From assembly GCA_019636095.1 (NCBI GenBank), contig JAHBYF010000008.1, forward strand, positions 41,886-105,885: a stretch of 64,000 nucleotides of DNA, read 5' to 3'. How positions within the stretch are numbered: position 1 is the first letter of the stretch; each line of letters starts with the position of its first letter. This DNA is from Hyphomonadaceae bacterium. Lineage in GTDB: Bacteria > Pseudomonadota > Alphaproteobacteria > Caulobacterales > Aquidulcibacteraceae. The notes below the pieces were generated by a model. That model was not told the origin of the DNA. It searched no databases and saw only the letters and a list, made by a program, of their open reading frames with translations. Below, in pieces: positions 47,298 to 55,890 of this stretch. A program made the position numbers and the translations under genes.

Positions 47298-50200
47298 ATG
47301 GTGAAAAGTGGACGTCGCGCGCGTTCTTTGCGCTGGCACCTGCTCGCGGGAGCACTCTTTTGTTCGCCGGCGTTGGCGTTGGTCGCGCATGCCGAGACCG
47401 GGTCAAGCACGCGGGTGGACGCCGCCGCCGAAGTGGCGACCGTCGTATTTCAGGCGTCGGCTACCCAGTTGGCGGCGCAACGATTGGCGGACGACAATCT
47501 TCGCCGTGCAAACCTAGAAATCGAGCGCTTACGCGCGCAGGGCGAGGCGGCGCGCATTGAATTGGCGTCTGCCGAAGAGAGGTTTGTCGCCGAATTATCG
47601 GTGCGAGATGAAGCGTACCGTCAAGAAATTGCTGTCTATCGCGGCGCCGTCGAAGACATCGCGTCGACACCAGAGGGTGTTCGAGCGCTCGCGCGCTACA
47701 ACGCCGGAGACGTTGATGGCGCGCTGTCGATTGTAGATCGTTTGGCAGACGCTCGAGCTCGAGCGCGACGTGCGGGCGCCGACCTTGCTGAGGCTGTCGA
47801 CCGGCGAAACATAGCGCGTTTGGCGCTGGATGCGTTGCGCAGGGGGCAGGGCGAGACGCGCAACGTGATTGCGCGCTACGAAGACGTCGTGCGTCTCGAT
47901 CCCAGCAACGCTGATGACTGGCTTGAATTGGCGCGGCTTGATCGCGATGCTCATAGACTGGCCGAGGCCTCTGGCGCCGTAGAGAGCGGTCTGCGCGTGG
48001 CGGAATCGGATCGCGCACGCGGACTGTTGGCCATCGAGCGCGGTCTAATTGCGGGCGACCGCGGTGACACCGCGGGGAGTCGAGCGGCTTTCAGTGATGC
48101 GAGAACAGCTTTGGCTGCGCGCGCCGAGCGCGAACGTACCGACGTTGTTGCGCAGCGAGATTACGTGGAGTCGCTTTATCGTTCCGCAGATGTCGCCTCC
48201 GATGAGCTAGAAGCGGGGACGCTGCGGGCGGAGGCGCTAGAACGCGCGCGCGCATTGGTCGCCGAAAATCCAGGGGATATCGCCGCCCGGCTTGCGCTCC
48301 TGTCAGTTTTTGATTCGCTCGCGGGCGATGCTGCGGCGCGGGAAGACTACCGCACTGCTCTTGCCACGCTGGGTGAGCAGAGCGATGCGCTAGAACGCCT
48401 TTCCGAAGCGGGATTGGACGCAGACGGCGGCATCGCGTTGCGCCGAGCACGTGCTCGGATGGCAATCGCGATCGCTGGAGTTTTCTCTAGGCTAAGGCTT
48501 AGTGACGACGAACTCGACGCTCGACTCTCTGCGATGCAGATATATAGCGCGATATCGCGTGCAGATCCAACAAGTGCGCTGGCGCGCGAAGACCTTGCCA
48601 ATGCGCAGATCGACTATGGTGCGGCTGCGCTCGGAAACAACATCACGTTTCAGAGCGACGACGGTGGCGATGCCATAGACGGGGGGGATCTTGTCGAAGG
48701 CGGTCTGCAAACTTTGCGCGAATTGGCGCTCGCCGAACCCGATAACCACCTTGTTCAGATTCAACTAGCGTCGCGCCTATTGAACGCTGCGCGTGTGATG
48801 TTTGCAGAAGAACGTTACCGCGCGCGTGGCGATGAACTTCTTAACGAAGCGGTGACCCTGGGGGGAAGATTGGACGCGGGGGGCGCCGGCGTTGAGGAGA
48901 TTGGGCCCTTGCTGACGTTTGGTCTGCTGGCTCGAGCAGCCCCATTCGAGCGCGTGCAGGACTGGCCGAACGCGATTGCCGCGTATGACGAGGCAATCAG
49001 GCAACAACAAAGGGTTCTTGCCGCTCGGAACCGCGACGACACAGAAGACTTCAATTTTCTCGAAGTAGCCCTGCTAGGCAAGGCTGAGGCGCAACACGCT
49101 TCCGGAGACGCGCGGGCAAGCCGCGCGACCTTTGCAGCGGCAGTTATGGCGGTTCGCGAAGCACAACGTCACGCCAGAAGCAATCCGGCCGAGCAGGCGC
49201 TCGTCGCGAACATGTACAAGGGCTTGGGCCTACACCTCTTAAGGGTGGGAGAGGCGGAAAACGCCCAAGACATGTTCGAGCGTGGCTTCGCCATCCAGGC
49301 GCGATTGGCGTCGGCCGACCGCGAGGTTGGCGTGTTCACCGACGATTTCCGCGACGATCTTTTGGATGTGGGCGAACGCCTCGGGGCAGTTGCCGGCGAC
49401 GATGTGCGAGCCCGTTATGTCGAACAAGCGGTAGATCTCTACCGCGAAGCTGTTCGACAGCAACCTGATGAGGTGGGGCAGTGGGAGCGTCTTGAGGAGA
49501 CGCTTGAGCGGGGAGCGCGTATCTACGCAAACGGCGCGGATGAGGCGCATGCTCTGCGGCTCTACAGGGAACGCGCTGCTGCATTGGAGCGCGTCAACGC
49601 GCTTGGACGATCGCGCGCGGTGTCTTTGGTGTTTGCCTATTTCGACGTGGCTGACAGCGAAGCTGACGAGTCGGCTGCATCGCACGCGTTAGACCACGCT
49701 GTCGATTTGGCGCGGTCTGTGTTTCAAAATGATCCGTCACAACAAGTATTGTTGGTGACAGCGCTTGGACATCGCGCGGACTGGAAGGAGAGGCACGGCG
49801 CCTTCGAAGTTGCACTTGCGGATGTGGATGATGGCGTAACCAACGCGCGAGAGGCTGCCACGGCTCATCGGGACGTACGCTTTGCGGCCTCCAATCTCAT
49901 CCGACTTGCCTTGATTGGCGCCAAAGCGGCGGAGGGCCTCGCGGATTCCACACGTGCGTGGGGTTATTTGGAGCAAGCGACGGCGGCTTCACGACAATTT
50001 TCCGCCGAGTTTGCTCAAGATCAGGAAATGCAGCGACTCGCTGCACGCGCGCTTGCGATGGAAGCGGATCGCGCTGAGGCGCAGGGACGTAGAGCAGCTT
50101 TGATGTCGCTTGAAGGCGACATTCTAGCGGTCGATCGCCGATTGGCGGCATTGCAACCCGGCGATAGCGACGCCCAACTTCAAATGGCGCAATCCGCAGC

Positions 50201-51629
50201 TCGTTTTGCCTCATGCCAAGGACAAGGCTGCGCTCCGATGGAGATGAGGCTGCAAGCGCTCGCGGACGCGAGAGCAGCGTTAGACTCGGTGCGTGAAAAT
50301 GAAGACGTCCGCACAGATGTGATCGGACGTGTCGTTGGGGCGTTCTTGTTGGAGGCGCAAATTCACCACGGTCTTGGTGACGACCAAGCGGCGAGAGCGG
50401 CTTACCAGCAAGCACAGGTGTGGTTGACGACTGCGGTTGCGGCGCACACGGATGATGCTGCAGTTCAAGTGGAATGCGTACGAGGCGTTGATTACATCGC
50501 GCAGTCAATGAGCGCAAATCTGAGCCAAGCCGAAGGCTTCGCGGTATACACGACGTTGATCCATTCGCGGCAAAACGCGGTTCGGAGCGCGCCTGGAAAT
50601 GCAGCTGGAGCCGTCGGTTTGCTGAACGCCTCCGAGGTCTGGGCCGGTGCGCTTGCGCGCGTCAATCGCGAGGGTGATGCGATTGACGCGCTCCGCGATG
50701 GACTCGCTCAGGCCATGCCAGTTGTTGTTGTTAATCCTGACAACGAGATGCTTGTTGGTCACGTCGTGATAGCGCAGACGCAGTTGGCAAACCTATTGAA
50801 GGAGACTGGAGCGGTCGAGGAGGCCGAACGTGCGGCGCGTAGCGCGCTTGACGCGGCGCGCGCCTTTTCTGGGCGTGCCCCGGAAGAAGCGCGTCACACG
50901 GCCATGGTGGCGCGTGCGTCCTACTGGGTATCGAACACCGGTCTTGCGGTCGTCTCTCATGACGATGGTGTTGCCGGTTTGATTCAACTGCGTCAGTTGC
51001 ATCAGGCACTAGTCCCCGGCAGCAATGTCAGCGATGTGAACGCGATGTTGATGTTTGAGCTGCAGAATCGTGCCCCAACGCGGCGCGCGGCCCACGACTA
51101 TCGCGGCGCAGTCGATGACCTCTCCCTGTTGAAGGAGATATATGTAGCAACGAATGAGTCGGGCGATCGTATTGAAAGCGCTTATGCCCGGGCAGTGATC
51201 GATACTGAGCTTGCGCTTAATCTGAATGACCTTGAGGATTACGCCCACGGTGAGGCTTCGGCGGCCAGTGCGGTCGAGGGACTCACACATGTCGTAGAGA
51301 CCGTCGGCTCACGCGACAACCAACGGGCCCTGGCGCGCGCGTTGATCGCGCATGCGGATGCACTCATACTATTGGGTCGCAGCCAAGATGCTGGCCCAGA
51401 GCTTGATCGCGCCTTGAGCTTATTTCTGGCATTGGCAGCGCCACCCGACGGCGAGGCGGAAGATCGCACTGGGCGCGGGTTGGCTTATTTCCGGTTCGCT
51501 GCGATTGGTCGCGCGCCTGCGGCGTGGGCGCCGCCTCCGCCGGAGGTACATCGATATCTGAGCGCCACCGACCTACGCATGTTGGCTTTGGCCGCCGCGG
51601 CGAATGTGGCGGCGCCCGCGCAACACTGA
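47298..51629 (+). CDS. Giant exported all-alpha repeat protein (TPR/Sel1-like by eye), 1444 aa
   Basis: ATG 47298. Signal peptide MVKSGRRARSLRWHLLAGALFCSPALALVAHAE. Ala/Leu/Arg/Glu/Asp-rich helical repeats throughout. The track start at 47127 overlaps the divergent gene. Confidence 0.7.
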   Translation: MVKSGRRARSLRWHLLAGALFCSPALALVAHAETGSSTRVDAAAEVATVVFQASATQLAAQRLADDNLRRANLEIERLRAQGEAARIELASAEERFVAELSVRDEAYRQEIAVYRGAVEDIASTPEGVRALARYNAGDVDGALSIVDRLADARARARRAGADLAEAVDRRNIARLALDALRRGQGETRNVIARYEDVVRLDPSNADDWLELARLDRDAHRLAEASGAVESGLRVAESDRARGLLAIERGLIAGDRGDTAGSRAAFSDARTALAARAERERTDVVAQRDYVESLYRSADVASDELEAGTLRAEALERARALVAENPGDIAARLALLSVFDSLAGDAAAREDYRTALATLGEQSDALERLSEAGLDADGGIALRRARARMAIAIAGVFSRLRLSDDELDARLSAMQIYSAISRADPTSALAREDLANAQIDYGAAALGNNITFQSDDGGDAIDGGDLVEGGLQTLRELALAEPDNHLVQIQLASRLLNAARVMFAEERYRARGDELLNEAVTLGGRLDAGGAGVEEIGPLLTFGLLARAAPFERVQDWPNAIAAYDEAIRQQQRVLAARNRDDTEDFNFLEVALLGKAEAQHASGDARASRATFAAAVMAVREAQRHARSNPAEQALVANMYKGLGLHLLRVGEAENAQDMFERGFAIQARLASADREVGVFTDDFRDDLLDVGERLGAVAGDDVRARYVEQAVDLYREAVRQQPDEVGQWERLEETLERGARIYANGADEAHALRLYRERAAALERVNALGRSRAVSLVFAYFDVADSEADESAASHALDHAVDLARSVFQNDPSQQVLLVTALGHRADWKERHGAFEVALADVDDGVTNAREAATAHRDVRFAASNLIRLALIGAKAAEGLADSTRAWGYLEQATAASRQFSAEFAQDQEMQRLAARALAMEADRAEAQGRRAALMSLEGDILAVDRRLAALQPGDSDAQLQMAQSAARFASCQGQGCAPMEMRLQALADARAALDSVRENEDVRTDVIGRVVGAFLLEAQIHHGLGDDQAARAAYQQAQVWLTTAVAAHTDDAAVQVECVRGVDYIAQSMSANLSQAEGFAVYTTLIHSRQNAVRSAPGNAAGAVGLLNASEVWAGALARVNREGDAIDALRDGLAQAMPVVVVNPDNEMLVGHVVIAQTQLANLLKETGAVEEAERAARSALDAARAFSGRAPEEARHTAMVARASYWVSNTGLAVVSHDDGVAGLIQLRQLHQALVPGSNVSDVNAMLMFELQNRAPTRRAAHDYRGAVDDLSLLKEIYVATNESGDRIESAYARAVIDTELALNLNDLEDYAHGEASAASAVEGLTHVVETVGSRDNQRALARALIAHADALILLGRSQDAGPELDRALSLFLALAAPPDGEAEDRTGRGLAYFRFAAIGRAPAAWAPPPPEVHRYLSATDLRMLALAAAANVAAPAQH

Positions 51630-51649
51630 AAGACTGGAGGGCGCGGACC

Positions 51650-52687
51650 ATGGCTGAGATATTCATATCTTATAAGCGCGAAGACGAGACGCGCGTCGGC
51701 AAGCTCGTCACTGCTTTACAGCAGGCTGGTCAGTCGCTCTGGTGGGATCGTGGCTTGCCTGGCTCGGAAAGCTGGCGCGAAAACATCCAGCGCGAGCTTG
51801 ATGGGGCCAAAGTTGTTATTGTTTGCTGGACGCGCGCGAGCGTAGGTTCAGCTGGTGATTTTGTGCGCGATGAAGCTGGACGCGCAAAAGAGCGCGGCAT
51901 TCTCATCCCTGTTCTTCTAGAGCCGGTTCGCCCGCCACTGGGGTTTGGCGAATTGCAGGCGATTGACCTCAGCCATTGGCGGGGCTCGCTGCGCGATCCG
52001 TTTTTTGGCGATCTATTGGCTGTTATCGAGTCCAAACGTACCGGCGCTCCAGCGCCCAGCCCGAAGGGGCCGATGCGTCGCCTCATGCGTCGTCTCACAA
52101 TTGGTTCTATCGCCAGCGCGCTCGCGGCAGGGATATTCGGCTTTTCAATGAACGTACTGCGCATACAGGACCAGGCGTGCACCCTGAGCATAGGGCAGCC
52201 TGGTCTTTCTGACGTTTGTGGCGCTCTCGGTTTGGGCGGACGCCCATCGCGAGAAGCGCGCCTCGCCTGGGAGGCTCTGCCGCCAAACGATTGCCAAGCG
52301 CTGCGTGGTTTCCGCGAGCGCTTTGAAACAAGTCCACTGCGTGCACTCGCTGACAGCCGCTTAGCCAGCCGACGCATCGTTTCTGCCGAGCAATGGATTG
52401 AGAGCGATCGCCAAGATCCGGTGCTATTCGAACCGGCGAGCGGCGCGCCGCTACCTAGTCAGTCCGCAGCGCAAGCCGCGGCGATAACGCGTGCCCAACT
52501 TAGCGCTGAGCGTCTGTGCCGGGCGTTCGGCGCGAGCAGTATTTTTCGCTATCGAGGCGCGCGCCCAGTTGCGGAAACTTGGCGATGTGAGCGGAGCGAG
52601 GCGGGATATAGTTGCGGATTCGAGGGCCGAGCCGACTGCGATCTTCAAGAAAGGCGCGTGAGCGAGTCCGAAGTCTGCGGAAACTAG
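51650..52687 (+). CDS. TIR-domain protein with one TM helix and a Cys-rich extracytoplasmic C-terminal domain
   Basis: ATG 51650 with GGAGG upstream, 20 nt after the giant gene stop. MAEIFISYKREDETRVGKLVTALQQAGQSLWWDRGLPGSESW...VVIVCWTRASVGSAGDFVRDEAGRA (TIR_2-like). TM helix LTIGSIASALAAGIFGFSMNVL. The C-terminal ~170 aa contain 8 Cys. Confidence 0.8.
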   Translation: MAEIFISYKREDETRVGKLVTALQQAGQSLWWDRGLPGSESWRENIQRELDGAKVVIVCWTRASVGSAGDFVRDEAGRAKERGILIPVLLEPVRPPLGFGELQAIDLSHWRGSLRDPFFGDLLAVIESKRTGAPAPSPKGPMRRLMRRLTIGSIASALAAGIFGFSMNVLRIQDQACTLSIGQPGLSDVCGALGLGGRPSREARLAWEALPPNDCQALRGFRERFETSPLRALADSRLASRRIVSAEQWIESDRQDPVLFEPASGAPLPSQSAAQAAAITRAQLSAERLCRAFGASSIFRYRGARPVAETWRCERSEAGYSCGFEGRADCDLQERRVSESEVCGN

Positions 52688-52689
52688 AT

Positions 52690-52780
52690 GTTGTCTCTCT
52701 CGCTCGTCAGCGACTCGCTTCCAGGACCGCCCGGCGCCTGGACGACTAGGCCGTCGCGTGCGCACCCGGCAACGCCCCCC
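52690..52780 (+). repeat. Degenerate R repeat copy (tentative)
   Basis: gacgactaggccgtcgc aligns with gagcgactaggccggtcg of the 19942 copy. cccggcaacgcccc aligns with tccggcaacggccc of the 46224 copy. Confidence 0.4.
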
Positions 52781-52976
52781 AGGCCGACCCGACGACGCCG
52801 GTTCGGTGAGCCGCAAGGCATGTCAAAGTCTGCAGCTTGGTCTCTGCTGCCATGCGCGCGACCGTCTCGAACGCCCTTGGCGCGGTCGTTCGTAAGAATG
52901 TGTAGGGATCGGGCCTAATGCTGACATTCCACTGTTCATTCAAAGGCCATTAGCCGTGCGGCGACAAAGGCGACGG

Positions 52977-53207
52977 TCAGTTCAATTCGAATACCCGCTG
53001 CGCGTTGCGGCCCAGGAAGTCGGCGCGTGCATCAGCGCTCAAGTCTAGTGCGTCCAAACCTTGAAGTGCTTTGGCTGGCGTGATCATCGGGTAAACAATA
53101 TTTCTTTCGACTGAGTCATTCATGAAGATCAAGTCACCGACCGCAACGTAGTGCTGGAGCGTCAGCGAAGAGCGGGCCAAGATGGGGGCTGAGCAGACGG
53201 GAGGCAT
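52977..53207 (-). pseudogene. Amidohydrolase-2-like C-terminal stub
   Basis: 76 aa. ...DLIFMNDSVERNIVYPMITPAKALQGLDALDLSADARADFLGRNAQRVFELN resembles only the last ~60 residues of ACMSD-type amidohydrolases. The body of the gene would overlap the SLC13 gene. Confidence 0.45.
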
Positions 53208-53210
53208 CGG

Positions 53211-55034
53211 TTGTATCTGCCTTCGCTACATGCCTTCGGCGCGATCTTACTCGCCGTTGTCGCATTCTGGTATTTTGCGCGCTCGAAGCTGCGTATCGAG
53301 ATACTGTCGCTTGTCCTGATCGCAGCGGTTGCGCTGCTGCTTTATGTCTTTCCGATTGAAGGTGAGGCGGCGGCTTCCGGCCTTGAAATCGCGTTCGGAG
53401 GTTTCGGTCACCAGGCGCTGATTGCGATCTGTTGTTTGATGATCTTGGGTCGCGGCCTTGTGACAACCGGCGCCTTGGAGCCAACTGCTCGGGCGCTCAC
53501 GCAGCTTTGGCGTTTTAGCCGCGTGATGGGGTTGCTCTTCACGCTCGTTCTTGCGGGGCTCATGAGCATGGTCGTGAATGACACGCCCGTGTTGGTTCTG
53601 GTGCTGCCGCTGCTCTTGAACTTGGGTCTGCGCGTCGGTGCGCCTCCGTCGCAGACTTTGATGCCGGTCAATTGCGCCATCCTCATTGGCGGCATGGCGA
53701 CCACAATTGGCACGTCTACAAATCTGCTCGTGGTTTCTATTGCCGCGGATATGGGGATGCCGCGCCTTGGCGTCTTCGCATTCACTGACATCGCGCTCCT
53801 GGCGGCGCTCGTTGCCTTGCCATACCTTTGGCTGATCATGCCGCGGCTGCTGCCCGCCACAGTGACGGACACAGCACACGACGAACGTCTGTTCCAAGCC
53901 GCCGTTCATGTCTCCGCTGAATCGATCGTTGCGTACGGCCCTGATCTTTCCGCTTACAGAGAGGTTCTGCAGAAGCATCACGTTGAGTTGGTCGCGGCAG
54001 TTGGGCCGCTGGGAGAGGCCAGGGGCGATACGCGCTCGTTGATCGCCGGCGATATCTTGCGCGTGAGGGGCGCGCCCGAACATCTGCGGGAGGCCAGCGA
54101 AGCGCTCAAGGCGAGCCTGGCGAATCCCGCTGTCGTGCAACATCTTCGGGCTTTCGTTTGGGAGCGCAACGCAGATCTTGTCATCGCCGAACTCGCCATC
54201 GGCGCCGAATCCGCTCTGATCGATCAGAGCATACGCACGGCGCAGATCGGGGATCGCTATGGCGTCGTTGTGATCGGCTTCTACCGCTCGGGTCACGTGT
54301 TTCGGGATGACACCCGGCTCCTGCGCGATGAGCCCTTTTCAGTCGGGGACATTCTCTTGGTGCAAGGCCCGCAAGACCGTTTGCGGCGACTGCAGATCGC
54401 TGAAGGCGCGTTGGTCTTAGAAGGCGCGGCGGAAATGCCGCGCACGACAAAGGCTCCCCTGGCGCTCGCCATTTTCGCCGGCGTTGTGACGGTCGCCGCA
54501 TTGCAAATTGTTCCAATAGCCATTGCAGCTCTCGGCGGCGCCATCGCCATGCTGGCGACCGGCTGCGTTCGCTTCGACAAGATTGGACGTGCGTTGAGCG
54601 GGGAGGTCATTGTCCTCGTCGCAGCGAGCATCGCGCTCGGTCGGGCACTCTTGGAAACTGGTGCAGCGGCTTGGCTTGGAACGCTGCTTGCGTTTGTCCT
54701 TCAGGCGTTCCCTCTGCCCGTCATGGTAGGCGCGATGATGGCTTTTGCCGCGCTGCTGACCAATTTCTCGTCCAACACGGCCGCCGCCGCAGTCGGGACG
54801 CCGATCGCGGTTTCTCTCGCGCAGCAGGTGGGAGCGCCAGCGGAGCCGATGGTGCTTGCGGTGCTGTTCGGCTGCAATCTGTGTTTTGCAACGCCGATCG
54901 CCTACCAGACCAATATCCTCATCATGAGCGCGGGAGGCTATGAATTTCGCGATTATGTCCGCGCCGGAACGCCGCTCGTCTTATTGATGATTGTAACGCT
55001 CTCGGCGCTGTTGGTTTGGAAATATGCTCTCTAA
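53211..55034 (+). CDS. SLC13/DASS-family permease with central TrkA_C (RCK_C) domains
   Basis: 607 aa; TTG start after GGGAGG. Multiple TM helices flank two soluble segments (GDILRVRGAPEHLREA; VGDILLVQGPQDRLRRL). Confidence 0.85.
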   Translation: MYLPSLHAFGAILLAVVAFWYFARSKLRIEILSLVLIAAVALLLYVFPIEGEAAASGLEIAFGGFGHQALIAICCLMILGRGLVTTGALEPTARALTQLWRFSRVMGLLFTLVLAGLMSMVVNDTPVLVLVLPLLLNLGLRVGAPPSQTLMPVNCAILIGGMATTIGTSTNLLVVSIAADMGMPRLGVFAFTDIALLAALVALPYLWLIMPRLLPATVTDTAHDERLFQAAVHVSAESIVAYGPDLSAYREVLQKHHVELVAAVGPLGEARGDTRSLIAGDILRVRGAPEHLREASEALKASLANPAVVQHLRAFVWERNADLVIAELAIGAESALIDQSIRTAQIGDRYGVVVIGFYRSGHVFRDDTRLLRDEPFSVGDILLVQGPQDRLRRLQIAEGALVLEGAAEMPRTTKAPLALAIFAGVVTVAALQIVPIAIAALGGAIAMLATGCVRFDKIGRALSGEVIVLVAASIALGRALLETGAAAWLGTLLAFVLQAFPLPVMVGAMMAFAALLTNFSSNTAAAAVGTPIAVSLAQQVGAPAEPMVLAVLFGCNLCFATPIAYQTNILIMSAGGYEFRDYVRAGTPLVLLMIVTLSALLVWKYAL

Positions 55035-55239
55035 GGGAGACCTGCTCCCCGATGTTTCCTCCGTTGGCCGGCCCGAGCAGGTGTCGACCCGGAAAAACGC
55101 CAAGTTACGGGATCTTATGCCGATCGGTCAGGCCATTGATCCAACAGGACTGCTATCACCACCACTATTCTCATGGCTGTTTCCCATCGGCAGAGGCAGG
55201 TCTAACTGCTAACACTACACAGCTTGCAGTGAGGGTGAG

Positions 55240-55890
55240 GTGCTCAAACTTTACGACTACTGGCGCTCTTCAGCCGCCTATCGGGTTCGGATCGGCTTGG
55301 CGCTTAAGGGCGTCGAGTATGAGAGCGTGCCGGTCAATATCATGCCGGGCGTCGATGAGCAGATGCGCGAGCCATACCGCTCCAAAAATCCGCAAATGCG
55401 TGTGCCGGCGCTGGAGACGGATAGGGGGCTCATCACCCAATCGATGTCGATTTTAGTGTGGCTCGATCAAACCTATCCCGAGCCACGTTTGATGCCCGCC
55501 GATCCGTGGCTCGGCGCGCAGATACGTTCGTTCGCACTGACGATCGCGACGGACGTCCATCCGCTCAACAACACCAGCGTCCTGACGCGCATCAAGCTTG
55601 AGTTCGGCGCCAACGACGATCACGTCGGCGAATGGTATCGGCACTGGATCAAGCTCGGCTTCAACGCGCTCGAACATCAGGCGCAGCAGCGCGCTGAGAC
55701 CAAATACTGTTTTGGCGACGAACCTACGCTTGCCGATGTCTGCCTTGTGCCGCAAATGGCCAATGCGCGGCGCTTCAAGACCGATCTCACGCCGTTTCCG
55801 CATTTGCTTGCCTGGGATGAAGGTGCCCGCAATCATCCGGCCTTCATCAAAGCGGCCCCAGAAAATCAGAAGGACGCAGCGAAACAATGA
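55240..55890 (+). CDS. maiA: Maleylacetoacetate isomerase (GST zeta class)
   Basis: LKLYDYWRSSAAYRVRIGLALKGVEYESVPVNI...NPQMRVPAL...ITQSMSILVWLD is the zeta-class GST signature. Confidence 0.85.
   Translation: MLKLYDYWRSSAAYRVRIGLALKGVEYESVPVNIMPGVDEQMREPYRSKNPQMRVPALETDRGLITQSMSILVWLDQTYPEPRLMPADPWLGAQIRSFALTIATDVHPLNNTSVLTRIKLEFGANDDHVGEWYRHWIKLGFNALEHQAQQRAETKYCFGDEPTLADVCLVPQMANARRFKTDLTPFPHLLAWDEGARNHPAFIKAAPENQKDAAKQ

Noticed and set aside
18204-52687. Known TIR-based defence systems (Thoeris, Pycsar/CBASS with TIR effector)
   Set aside because: There is no ThsA/SIR2/SLOG partner and no CD-NTase. The only cyclase (18204-19922) is a TPR-linked class III enzyme about 12 kb and 30 kb away from the TIR genes, in a different R-bounded module.
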